Positions 40,885 to 51,268 of a stretch of DNA of 64,000 nucleotides are shown here, one piece after another (the first letter of the stretch is position 1; every line of letters begins with the position of its first letter). Both the position numbers and the translations under genes were made by a program. The notes below the pieces were generated by a model that worked only from the letters and a program-made list of their open reading frames with translations, was not told the DNA's origin and made no database searches. The DNA is from Candidatus Latescibacterota bacterium (GTDB taxonomy: Bacteria > Latescibacterota > CBDEFO01): the NCBI GenBank assembly GCA_965248755.1, contig OZ252149.1:96001-160000 (forward strand), written 5' to 3'.

Positions 40885-41634
40885 ATGAACGTATTGATTT
40901 TAGGCGGAAACGGCTACTTGGGTCCTCACGTTGTGAAAGCGCTGGAGCCGTATCACAATCTGAGGATTACCGATGTTAAACCTGTAGAAGATACAAAGCA
41001 TGAGTCGTTCAGTCTAGATGTGTCCTCGACAGATCAGGTTGTGAAGGCGGCGGAGGGGATGGACGCTATTATCAACTGCTCTGTCCTTCGCGATCACAGG
41101 AGGATAGCCTTTGATGTGAACACCCTTGGCTGTTATAACACCATGAGGGCGGCAGTTGAGCATAATATCAAAAGGGTCATAAACACCGGCCCGTTTTTTG
41201 CGATTTCCGGACCTACCTATGAGGATTACGATTTTATGATAAATGAGGAGATCACGTCTCATTCGGGAACGAATCTATACGCTCTGACCAAGTCTGTAGG
41301 TCAGGAGATATGCAGGGTATTTACGGAACATTACGATGTGTATGTGATGCACTTTCTGTTCTACAATTTCCGAGATCCAAACAATCCTGCCGAGACGAAA
41401 CCGGGGACTGATTTAACTCCTTTTGTAGTTTCTTGGAGGGACGCGAGCCAGGCGTTCTATTTAGGACTCGAAATCGATCTGAACAATCTTCCCTCAAAGA
41501 ACGAGACATTCTATATATCTACCGACATCCCCCACGGCAAATTTTCCAATGTGAAGGCTAAAAGGATACTCGGCTTTTCGCCCAAAGATAGATTTGAACA
41601 GGTGTGGCATAAGGCAATAGACAGTAGTCAGTAG
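40885..41634 (+). CDS. NAD-dependent epimerase/dehydratase family (uronate dehydrogenase-like), type B
   Basis: ILGGNGYLG, YALTK catalytic motif, KAKRILGF. Confidence 0.87.
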   Translation: MNVLILGGNGYLGPHVVKALEPYHNLRITDVKPVEDTKHESFSLDVSSTDQVVKAAEGMDAIINCSVLRDHRRIAFDVNTLGCYNTMRAAVEHNIKRVINTGPFFAISGPTYEDYDFMINEEITSHSGTNLYALTKSVGQEICRVFTEHYDVYVMHFLFYNFRDPNNPAETKPGTDLTPFVVSWRDASQAFYLGLEIDLNNLPSKNETFYISTDIPHGKFSNVKAKRILGFSPKDRFEQVWHKAIDSSQ

Positions 41635-41893
41635 AAAGCATACAGGGGAGATTGCTTCGGGGTTCCACCCCTCGCAATGACCGCAGGACTCACCACGCAA
41701 CTCTATTGTAAGTCCTCTTAACCGTCATTGCCAGCGAAGGGAAGCAATCTCGTAGAGAGGGCACTTCACCCTCTGGTATGGTTTCTACTATTCTAGATCT
41801 CTATAATCTTGTCCACAGTATTCTCACCCGAAACTGAGATCTCTTGGGGCGGAACCGTGTGCCTGCCCAGAAAATAGGAAAGGGAATAGTGAA

Positions 41894-42778
41894 ATGGCAT
41901 CGGCTGACGACTTTCTGGCGGATGGCTCAGAACTTGAGGAAGTGGGACGAGGCTTTGGCTTTACTGAAGGGCCTGTGTGGAATTCGGCAGAGGGTGTGCT
42001 CTACTTTTCCGATATTTCCAACAATCGCATTATGCAGCTTTCTGCCGGGGACAACCTGAGCGTCTACCGAGAGCCGAGCCATCGCTCAAATGGCCTAATC
42101 TTCGACTTGGAGGGGAGGCTTACAGCCTGTGAGGGGGACAGTGAAGACGGCGGAAGACGAATCTCGCGGACGGAGAAGGACGGACAGGTGGTTACGCTGG
42201 CGGATCGCTATGAGGGGAAGCGTCTCAACAGCCCCAACGATCTGGTTATCGACAAAGAAGAGCGGATCTGGTTTACCGATCCTCGGTACGGAAGCTACGA
42301 AGGCGTGGTGCAGGATTGCGAGGCCGTATATCGGATAGAACAAGACGGGAGTCTCACCAGAGTCATCGAAAGCCTGTCGCGTCCGAATGGGATCCTCTTC
42401 TCTCTTGACTATAAGACCCTCTACGTGGCGGACAGCCCGCACGATCCGAATAGAAAGCGCGATCTTGTCGCTTTTGAAGTAAACGAGGATCTCACCTTGT
42501 CGGATGGAAAAATCCTGCATAATTTCGGGACCGGTCGAGGTGTAGATGGAATGAAGCTTGACTCAGAAGGGAACATCTGGGCTACAGCGGGAAGGGAGGA
42601 AAAAGCTGGCGTCCACATCTTCTCGCGCCAAGGGGAACTCTTGACGGTTATTAAGACTCCCGCTCCTCCTACCAACTGTTCGTTTGCCGGACCCGACCTT
42701 ACGCTACTTTACATTACTGGCGCAGAATATCTCTGGCGGATCCGGACAAAGATACCGGGGCGGCGTCTTCCGGGGTAA
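41894..42778 (+). CDS. SMP-30/gluconolactonase family protein
   Basis: FTEGPVW, SNGL, LNSPND, FTDPRYG, RPNGI, DGMKLD, TNCSF motifs. Confidence 0.92.
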   Translation: MASADDFLADGSELEEVGRGFGFTEGPVWNSAEGVLYFSDISNNRIMQLSAGDNLSVYREPSHRSNGLIFDLEGRLTACEGDSEDGGRRISRTEKDGQVVTLADRYEGKRLNSPNDLVIDKEERIWFTDPRYGSYEGVVQDCEAVYRIEQDGSLTRVIESLSRPNGILFSLDYKTLYVADSPHDPNRKRDLVAFEVNEDLTLSDGKILHNFGTGRGVDGMKLDSEGNIWATAGREEKAGVHIFSRQGELLTVIKTPAPPTNCSFAGPDLTLLYITGAEYLWRIRTKIPGRRLPG

Positions 42779-42780
42779 AC

Positions 42781-42954
42781 GAAACCTACGTCAACGGATG
42801 GTTGACGGTCGATGTGGAGGATCTCGCCTGTTATGTGGAGAGGCTGAGAGCCTTCGTTGCCGGCATAAGCGTAGCAAAGACGACTGAATACTCGCTCGAT
42901 CACGAACTGCTGGTGCTGGAGACTGTGCCTCGCGCATCGGGGTGTATTGATTAA
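42781..42954 (+). pseudogene. Possible C-terminal fragment of a Gfo/Idh/MocA oxidoreductase
   Basis: Open frame ending ...EYSLDHELLVLETVPRASGCID-stop, with no start or RBS. Confidence 0.4.
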
Positions 42955-43031
42955 CAGGAACCGTATGCGATCGTTGTCGTTACGATACCCCTATGTTGTC
43001 GTGAGGGAAACAGCTAAACTGGGGTACAAAG

Positions 43032-43774
43032 GTGCCGACTAAACCTTGGATAGAGGGGCCACTAGAACTTTTGAAGCACGGTGTAGAACATCTACAACTC
43101 GGAAGTGACTTTGATGCACGAATAGCAATGATTAGCATAGACAATGCCATTGAACTAATGATCAAAACTTATCTTGGTCTTCCTCGGTGAGTGACTGGTA
43201 TTAAGGGGTTGTCATGACGAAAATACGATGAAATCAGTGAAAGCTTTTCGTCTCTACTTGATGGCTTCGAGGAATTTGCACCTGACAAGATAGTTGGCAT
43301 TGAGCTAGGAGACATCGAGTGGTATCATCGTTTGCGGAATCAACTTTACCACGAGGGAAACGGTATTACTGTCGAAAGTGGAAAGGCTGAGGGATACGCT
43401 GAAATCGCGAAAATTCTATTTTCTAACTTATTCGAAGTTGCTATAGAAACCTTAATCGAAGAAAAGCCACATAGTTTAGCCGGAGAGTTCATCAGTAATT
43501 GGGCAAGATTAGAACAAGAACTTATTCGCCTGAAAGATAAATACGCGATAGATATCCCCGAAAGATCCCCGAAAGATCCCCGATGTTACTGCCTACAGTA
43601 ATTAGATATTTGGAGCAAACAAACATTCTTCCTGAGTTCTTTTTTCGAGAATTCAACTTGATGCGCCAATTCCGAAATGAACTTGTTCATGGATTCGCAA
43701 TTCCCTCAGTGAATGATCTGCAAAGACATATCTGTACTCTAAAGAAATTGTTGAAAACTGTTAATGAACTGTAG
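43032..43774 (+). pseudogene. Disabled HEPN-like protein with two RxxxxH motifs
   Basis: RIAMISIDNAIE, RNQLYH and RNELVH motifs; in-frame TGA at 43188 and 43215; 11-bp duplication frameshift near 43555-43583. Confidence 0.65.
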
Positions 43775-43895
43775 ACCGACACTTCGCTTAATATGAGATT
43801 TATGTTTGAGCTTCGTTTTCTCCTTCGGGACATGCCTTACGATGTCAGGAACGTCATGTATCCGAGGAATAATATTTGCTGGAAGGTGATAGATA

Positions 43896-44942
43896 ATGGA
43901 CGAACCTACTTTGATGGATGAGGTGGACCTGAAGGAGGCTAAATGGTGGGAGTACGACCAGAAGGGTAAGATCCTCTGCACACTGTGTCCTCGATACTGT
44001 CACATCGGAGAGGGACAGGTGGGATTCTGCTTTATCCGCAAGAATATCGGCGGTAAATTGTACTCGACCGGATATGGGAAATCCACGGGATTCGCTATCG
44101 ATCCCGTGGAGAAGAAGCCGCTGAATCACTTCCTCCCCGGCACCAGTATACTCAGCTTTGGGACGGCAGGCTGCAACCTGGGATGCAGGTTCTGTCAGAA
44201 TTGGAATATAAGCAAGGCCAGGTTAGATGATAAAAGGAGCTTGGACACCACTCCTTCGGAAGTGGTATCCCTAGCCCTCTCCTACAACTGTCCCAGTATC
44301 GCCTTTACCTACAACGACCCCACAATCTGGGGAGAATACGTCGTTGATATCTCCAGAATCGCTAAAGAGCGGGGACTAAAGAGCGTGATGGTCACGGCCG
44401 GATATATCACAGAGGAGGCCAGGGAGGACGTTTATCAATACATAGACGCTGCCAATGTGGACCTGAAAGCGTTCACTGAGGAGTTCTATCACAAGCTGAC
44501 CTTCTCCCACTTAGACCCCATCCTAGACACCCTCAAGTGGCTCAGACACGAGACGGACGTCTGGTTTGAGATCACCAACCTGATGATACCCGGTGAAAAT
44601 GACGATGTCGATGAGACCAAGAGGATGTGCGGCTGGATTTTAGATAATTTGGGCGACGATGTGCCTTTGCACTTTACGGCGTTCCATCCAGATTTTAAGA
44701 TGATGGACAAACCGCCCACTCCCGCCCGGACGTTGACCAGAGCACGCCAGTTGGCAATAAGCATGGGACTCCAGTATGTCTATGTGGGAAACATCCACGA
44801 CAGAGACGGACAGAGCACCTATTGCCATGGATGTGGGGAAGTACTCATCCGGAGAGATTGGCATACGGTTTTGTTAGACATTGTGGATGACGGCAAATGT
44901 CCCAGATGCAGTTACCAGATCCCGGGCAGCTTTAGAAAATAA
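43896..44942 (+). CDS. amrS: AmmeMemoRadiSam system radical SAM enzyme
   Basis: CTLCPRYC, DPVEKKPLNHF, GCNLGCRFCQNW, FTYNDP, FTAFHPDF, TYCHGC motifs. Confidence 0.92.
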   Translation: MDEPTLMDEVDLKEAKWWEYDQKGKILCTLCPRYCHIGEGQVGFCFIRKNIGGKLYSTGYGKSTGFAIDPVEKKPLNHFLPGTSILSFGTAGCNLGCRFCQNWNISKARLDDKRSLDTTPSEVVSLALSYNCPSIAFTYNDPTIWGEYVVDISRIAKERGLKSVMVTAGYITEEAREDVYQYIDAANVDLKAFTEEFYHKLTFSHLDPILDTLKWLRHETDVWFEITNLMIPGENDDVDETKRMCGWILDNLGDDVPLHFTAFHPDFKMMDKPPTPARTLTRARQLAISMGLQYVYVGNIHDRDGQSTYCHGCGEVLIRRDWHTVLLDIVDDGKCPRCSYQIPGSFRK

Positions 44943-45144
44943 GTACCAATGAGATCGCTTGCTGATGAAGCCAAAGCCCGGAGCTATACTAAGGGGCATC
45001 CGAGCAATCTTAATAGCGGATGCGGCAGTTGGAGGGGGAATCGCAAATCTTGTGCGGTCTTCAACATAGAGCCTCACTAATCTAGAGAAGGGGCAGAAGG
45101 CGCTAGTTAACCCATTATATCACCCCAAACGAAGGAGGGATACC

Positions 45145-45333
45145 ATGAAGGTCATCGCCCAGATCTTAGTAGTCATATCGGCTTTAGCGCTTGTTATCGG
45201 GGTTATATTTGCTCCGCTAGACAAGGTGTTAATTGCAGGTCCCAGGGGCTATGTAGAGCTTTCGATAGGCTGCGCAATCCTGGCGATAGCGATTGGGAAG
45301 GTGTTCGGGGGCGGCTCTGAAGGAGAATCGTAG
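45145..45333 (+). CDS. Small membrane protein (62 aa, two TM segments)
   Basis: Strong AAGGAGG RBS and two hydrophobic segments. Confidence 0.6.
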   Translation: MKVIAQILVVISALALVIGVIFAPLDKVLIAGPRGYVELSIGCAILAIAIGKVFGGGSEGES

Positions 45334-45393
45334 ATGCAAGGAGAGGCGTGTTGCAGAAGAATGGCCTCTTGTAGGAAATAACAGTCTATTTTC

Positions 45394-45420
45394 GTAGGGG
45401 CGGGGTAATCCCGCCCCTAC
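45394..45420. repeat. GTAG-type REP hairpin
   Basis: GTAGGGGCGGGG-TAA-TCCCGCCCCTAC; related imperfect hairpins near 4995, 15029, 26220, 29253 and 41844. Confidence 0.7.
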
Positions 45421-45569
45421 ATCTGTTTGATTGTACAGCTCAAACGAAATCGCTTTTGTCTTTACAGTGAGATTGCTCCGCTGACCATTAGGTCCACACT
45501 GGACTTCTCCGACCCCCAATTGAATCTATTGGGGCTTCAATCGGGGACTAGCAATGACGTTGTTTCTGG

Positions 45570-46268
45570 TTACCAGTTGGCTCTTGGCGTCCTTAACCTT
45601 CTCCCTCCCCATCTGAGTATAAGAATAACTCCGGCTACGAACCCTCCAATATGAGCGAACCACGCAACACCACTTCCTATCCCTCCCGAAGCAGCGGTGG
45701 CGTTCAAAAGTTGCATAAGGAACCAGATCCCAAGGACTATAAAGGCTGGAATCCGTATTGTATTTATGAAAAAGAAAAAGAAAACAAAGACACGGATTCT
45801 GGCGGAAGGGAAGTTGACGAGGTAAGCGCCTAACACTCCGGCTATGGCTCCGCTTGCTCCTACTAAAGGAATTTCAGAGTTGGGGTTGGAGATTATGTGG
45901 GCAGAAGTTGCCAAGATGCCGCACATCAGATAGAAGAAGATGAATCGAAAGTGTCCCAACGCGTCCTCGATGTTGTCTCCAAATATCCAAAGATAGAGCA
46001 TATTACCGCCTACATGAAGTAGGCCTCCGTGCATGAAAAAAGAGGTAAACGGCGTAAGATAGAGAGGTATCGGGGTATTTGAAATAACGTCCTTCAAATG
46101 TGTGATCTCATAGGGGATAAGCCCCATCTTGAGGATGAAATCATGTTCCTGCTGCACATTGAGAAGGAAAGTCTGGTAGAGGAAGACAGATATGTTGGCA
46201 GCTATAATAGTAAGCGTTATGAAGGGAAATGTCCTTGTGGGGTTATCGTCTTTGTACGGGAGGAGCAT
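45570..46268 (-). CDS. Rhomboid family intramembrane serine protease
   Basis: FMHGGLLHVGGNMLYLWIFGDNIED, GASGAIAG, AWFAHIGG motifs. Confidence 0.93.
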   Translation of the reverse strand: MLLPYKDDNPTRTFPFITLTIIAANISVFLYQTFLLNVQQEHDFILKMGLIPYEITHLKDVISNTPIPLYLTPFTSFFMHGGLLHVGGNMLYLWIFGDNIEDALGHFRFIFFYLMCGILATSAHIISNPNSEIPLVGASGAIAGVLGAYLVNFPSARIRVFVFFFFFINTIRIPAFIVLGIWFLMQLLNATAASGGIGSGVAWFAHIGGFVAGVILILRWGGRRLRTPRANW

Positions 46269-46275
46269 ATTCTAC

Positions 46276-48594
46276 TTACCTTGTCTTAAAGCGACTTCGG
46301 GCGTAAGCTTTATTGCCCGAAATATCGCTTACCCAAAGTTCCAGGGTGTGTTCTCCCGAAGACAGGGAATCTTCAACTCTGTAGAAGACGGATTCTTCGG
46401 GCGGATCGTACTGGCATATGACAAGAGAACCGTCAAGCCGCATTTCTATGTCCTGTTCTCTTTTTATTCCCGATCCTTTGTCCTGAATTCTCACGCGCAG
46501 TTGGGGATTTAAGTCTTTTATGACGGCTCCATCTCGGGGATAGACTATGTGTATATCTGGAGGGATCTGATCTGAAAGGAGGACATATTTGGAAAAGTGA
46601 GAAATATCGGCTGAGACGGTCCTTGCATCGGTATTCAGGTTGTTGTCTATGAACTTCCATCCCCACTCCGTGTCCGCGAAATAGACTCCTAACGTTTCAG
46701 GATTGGGGAAATCCTCTGGATAGGACAAAGAGATCCTGGCCTTTCCGTCGAAGGGCACGTCATAAGGCTCAAAAGCATAGCCGGTCCCGATTAACTGGAG
46801 ACCCCCGGGCACCTCAGGGTCGACCCCCGATTTAATCGGGGGCGATTTCGTGTCAAATAAACCCACGCGGGGATAGAGGACATCATACACGCTTCCGGGA
46901 TCGAAAACTACTACGGCTTTTCCGTCGTAGGATTCTATTTTACCTCCTGTGTGTCTGCCGATGTATGCGTAGGATATGACCGTCCTGTAGCTCCCCTTTT
47001 CGCCGCTAAGAGAAGTTCCTTCGATGCAAACGGTGTTTATGCCTTCGTGTCCGATCTGGAAGGGAATTACCGCCTCGTAGGTTCTAATGTCCCTTTGCCG
47101 TACACGAAGTCTCTTGGCCTTTGAAAGTAGGGTCACAGAGGGAAGGCCAGATAGTATATCGCTTGAGACAATCCGGAGCTCTATAAAATCGGGGTATCCT
47201 ATTTGGTCGCAGCTAAAGAGTGGTGGCCAGCCCATCCTTATGTCCTCTGGAGGCAAGACGCAGAAGACGGGTTCAGAACCGATTCCGTGTGCATCTAAAA
47301 CGGATATTTTGAGGATAACTGGACTTTTTCTCTTTATCTTCAGGGAGTCCGAAACTTGGTAGGTTTTTCCGCTTAGGGCATTGCGGAGGAGGGATTCCCA
47401 GTTTTCTCCTCTGTCGTAAGATGTCTCGACCATAAGCTCTGAAAGTTCGCTGTCCCTGTCGGATATTTGCAACGACAGGTGGACATAGTCTTTCCTGTCT
47501 GTAACTCTCTTCACTTCCACACTGTCTATCTGAGGCTTTTCGCCGACAATGACTCGGAAGCGAGCGTAGGATGTGTTGTCATAGACGTCAAAGACCTTTA
47601 CAGTAATATGATGGATCCCCGCAAGGAGCGATTCAGATTTTAACAGGCCGTCTCCAGTTTTATGATCTTTATAGAAGGGAAGATCGTTTCCGGGGGCTAC
47701 GAAGAGGTTCTGGAAATGACCTAATCCCTTTCGATTGAGGCCAAAATCAGAATTAAGTTCAATCTTGTGTGCCTTCTCGTATGAGAAGGTGTTGTACTCA
47801 GATCTAAATAGAAGGCTGTCGTCGAGGTACAGTTCGTATCGATAGGGGGACAGCTTATTTCGTGCGATATCCGCAATATCGTAGGAGGAGATTCCCAGGC
47901 CAACTGTCCCCTCTATGTGGGGAATTTCATCGTTGATAAAGCTCTTCTTCTGTTTGTCCTTGTGGAGATTGAGTATATAGGGAGTATGCGAGCTGTTGAC
48001 GTAGGAATCAGGCCCAATGGGCGACAGACTGATCTTGACGAGAACAGGCGGTTTGGAGTCTTTGACGCTTAGAAAATGATCGGCCAAGGGGTTGATGGGG
48101 CGATTGTCCGGGTCTCTGAGTTCAAAGTGGAGGTGTGGGTGTTTGGTCGCGCTCCTGCCCGACGAGCCGATTATCTGTCCTCTGGCGACTGGAAATTCTC
48201 CTTCCTCCGGATAGAAATCTATAGTATACCAGCCGTTTTCCCTCTACTTGGCTTTGACAACCTTTTCTATTTCTGGGGCGAATTTAGAAAGGTGCGCGTA
48301 GATGGCCAAGTTTCCGTCTTCGAGCTTTAGATAGACGGCTCTTCCGTATCCCCAGGGAGATGTCCTGATCCTGTATATGTAGCCCGATTCTGCGGCGTGC
48401 ACAGGGATACCAGTTCTACCCCAGGTCTTAAGGTCAACTCCGGCGTGGAAGTGTCCCTCTCTGTATTCACAGAAAGTGGAAGTGAGGCCGTGCTCTATGT
48501 CCATCGGCCACCGGTATCTGTCCTGGGCTTTTGAAAAGGAAGCCGAAAAGATTAGAATTGTGCATAACAGAGCTGCTAGGGTTCGTTTAAGCAT
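46276..48594 (-). pseudogene. M23 family metallopeptidase, interrupted by a single in-frame TAG at 48244-48246
   Basis: HFHAGVDL and YAHL lie before the stop and HPHLHFELR after it; both ORF pieces are in the same frame. Confidence 0.85.
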
Positions 48595-48743
48595 GGGTCA
48601 TTTCAAGTAAGCAGTACACAGTAGCCCCCGATAGTCCCCGATAGGTTCAATCGGGGATAGACTCAAGCAGGGTGGATAGGTCACGTCCTCCTACTCTCCG
48701 TTCTTTGTATGTGAAAAGTCCAGCCAGAGGACATAGAGTGTTT

Positions 48744-48772
48744 ATAATAACCATTTCTACGACTTCCGTCAA
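48744..48772 (-). promoter_or_regulatory. Putative sigma70 promoter for the M23/rhomboid genes
   Basis: TTGACG-17 bp-TATTAT on the minus strand. Confidence 0.5.
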
Positions 48773-49078
48773 GGATTTCTTTAACCAGAGTTTCTGATCG
48801 GAGAAGCCGCAATTGCTATGAATTTATCACACCCAACCTGTAGAAATCCTTCGAGAATCCTACGGGGTTTCAGCCCTTTAAATGACAGAGAGCCGGAGTC
48901 AAGGCAAGGTCATTGCTAGTCCCGCGGCCGCTTTGCTGGAGTGGAAGCAAGCTACGAAGTTGGAGAAGCAATCTCAACGCTGAGGCATCCCCGGCCTCAG
49001 TGTGACGTTCATTCAGTAGGTACCGCCAGAGTCAGAACTGCATGACCCTGAATAGATCTGCAGATGAACAAGTTTCTA

Positions 49079-49107
49079 TTGACTTCATGGTTTGCATCGG
49101 TTATTAT
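49079..49107 (+). promoter_or_regulatory. Putative sigma70 promoter for the solute-binding protein gene
   Basis: TTGACT-17 bp-TATTAT. Confidence 0.55.
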
Positions 49108-49159
49108 TGCACGATGAAACGGCGATCATGAAACCTTGGAATAGAAAAAGAGGTAAAAG

Positions 49160-50785
49160 ATGTTTTGCACTCGTAAATGGTGTTTTTGGGTATTAGCTAT
49201 TTTGATTTCAACCGGTTGTTCAGGGGATAAAACTTATACTCCCAAAAGTTTCCGCTACAGGTTGGGCACAGACCCGCCTACTCTGGACCCTGCTTATTCG
49301 ACAGATACTTCCTCTGCGGCAATTGTGCTGCATATATACGACGGTCTGGTTCGGTTCGACCCGGAGACGATGGACGTGATCCCGGCTGTTGCAGAAAGCT
49401 GGGAGATTTCTGAGGACGGTTTAGATTATGTGTTTCATCTGAAAAGAGGTGTGAAGTTCCACAACAAAAGGGAGGTCAAAGCCGAGGATTTCAAGTATTC
49501 GTTTGAAAGAGTGCTCTCGCCAAAAACGGGGTCGCCGAGGACATGGGTGTTAGAGCCGATATTGGGGTCACTAGAGTTTATGGAGGGCAACGCAGATAAC
49601 CTGTACGGCGTTAATGTCATTGACGATTATACCCTTAAGATAAGGCTCGAAAAGCCGTTTGCGCCTTTTTTAGCTCAACTGTGTATGGAGGCAGCCAGCG
49701 CTGTGCCAGTGGAAGAAGTAGAGCGCTGGGGTGAGGATTTCACGTCGCATCCGGTAGGTTGCGGACCCTACAGATTTGTGGAATGGAATCACGACATAAA
49801 CGTAAAATTAGAGGCTTTTGACGAGTACTATGACAGAGTTCCGCAATTAAAGAGCGTCGAGTATGTTGTTGTCCCTGACGTGAGTGTGGCGTACCAGAAG
49901 TACCTTGCAGGAGAATTGGATCTGCTAAATGAGATTCCGCCGGGGCAGTTGAAGGCGACAGTGGATCGGTATCCAGATGAGGTCAAGGTCTGGCCCGTGC
50001 TAACCATTTACTATTTAGGGTTCAATCACTCCAAGCCACCCTTCAAGGATAATCTCAAGTTGAGACAGGCTATTTGCTATGCGATAGACAGAGAAAGTAT
50101 CTGTCAGGTTATCCAGGAGGGAGCGGCTACTCCAGCCAAAGGAATACTCCCGCCGGGGATTCCGGGCCACGATCCGACGATAGAAGGATACGAGTTCGAT
50201 CTCGACAGGGCAGAATCACTCCTTGAGGAGGCGGGTTATCCACAAGGGATGGGACTGCCACCGATCACACTGTGGTACAATACGAACGAACACCACGAAA
50301 GGGTAGCTCAGTTCGTACAGTCGAATCTGAAGAAGATAGGTGTTGAGGTGAAACTCAAAAGTCTGGATTGGGCCGCGTATCTACAGGCGTGCGAGAACAA
50401 CGAGCCGGAATTCTACAGGCTGGGTTGGGTAGCTGATTATCCCGATGCGGACAATTTTCTCTATATACTGCTTCATTCAAGCCAGACAGGAGCATCTGGC
50501 AATTACTCCCGTTACAGCAATCCCCATTTCGACAGACTCGTGGAAGACGCAAGGGTTACGTCCGATCCCCAAAAGCGAATAAGTCTGTATACGGAGGCCG
50601 ATCGTCTGGCCACAAGAGACGCCGCTTGGGCTGTGATCTACTATCAGTCGGAGCAGATGATGATCAAGCCAAAATGGAAGGGACTCGTTCTACCTGCGCA
50701 GGGGGATTTTGTGATTCCTCTGGGTGACCTTTATCATGAGCCTTCGGTCGTATCTTCCTCTCTGGAACTTTCCCCTTCAAGATGA
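49160..50785 (+). CDS. ABC peptide/nickel-type solute-binding lipoprotein (SBP family 5)
   Basis: Lipobox STGC, TLDPA, PAVAESWEIS, GVKFH, VGCGPY, GWVADYPD motifs. Confidence 0.92.
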   Translation: MFCTRKWCFWVLAILISTGCSGDKTYTPKSFRYRLGTDPPTLDPAYSTDTSSAAIVLHIYDGLVRFDPETMDVIPAVAESWEISEDGLDYVFHLKRGVKFHNKREVKAEDFKYSFERVLSPKTGSPRTWVLEPILGSLEFMEGNADNLYGVNVIDDYTLKIRLEKPFAPFLAQLCMEAASAVPVEEVERWGEDFTSHPVGCGPYRFVEWNHDINVKLEAFDEYYDRVPQLKSVEYVVVPDVSVAYQKYLAGELDLLNEIPPGQLKATVDRYPDEVKVWPVLTIYYLGFNHSKPPFKDNLKLRQAICYAIDRESICQVIQEGAATPAKGILPPGIPGHDPTIEGYEFDLDRAESLLEEAGYPQGMGLPPITLWYNTNEHHERVAQFVQSNLKKIGVEVKLKSLDWAAYLQACENNEPEFYRLGWVADYPDADNFLYILLHSSQTGASGNYSRYSNPHFDRLVEDARVTSDPQKRISLYTEADRLATRDAAWAVIYYQSEQMMIKPKWKGLVLPAQGDFVIPLGDLYHEPSVVSSSLELSPSR

Positions 50786-51084
50786 GCAATCCTGTTTTTT
50801 AGTATCTCAAGTTCCCCCCTAAGGGCCTTGATCTCCCCCGCTTTCTCCTCTCCGCCACCCCTTATGCTCGATGAGACCCTCTCTGCAGTTCTGCCGATGG
50901 TCTCTTTGAGTTCTTGTGCCTCTTTGACCATCTTATCCGTCATATCTACAACGAACTTCGCCTTTTCTCCCTCTGCCATCTCTCCTCTTTTGATGAGCTC
51001 ATCGGCTACGGATTCGATCTTCTCTCTCACAATGTTGATAGCCCCTACTCCGGCGAGCATGGCTTTTTTTACCAGGTCCAGCAT
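50734..51084 (-). CDS. Phasin/granule-associated-like coiled-coil protein
   Basis: MLDLVKKAMLAGVGA...DELIKRGEM...EEK motif; GAGG RBS. Confidence 0.7.
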   Translation of the reverse strand: MLDLVKKAMLAGVGAINIVREKIESVADELIKRGEMAEGEKAKFVVDMTDKMVKEAQELKETIGRTAERVSSSIRGGGEEKAGEIKALRGELEILKNRIAHLEGESSREEDTTEGS

Positions 51085-51268
51085 GATAACAACACCTCCT
51101 CAGACAAGTAGACAGTAGGTAGCAGACGGGACATCCTTCCCTCCCTGTTTGCTGTCTATCGCGATTGAATCTATCCCCGATTGAACCTATCGGAGATCGG
51201 GGCTGCTTGCGTAGTCGTCTACCTACGAATATATATACATACTTTTGAATATGTCAATGGAAAAGAAT

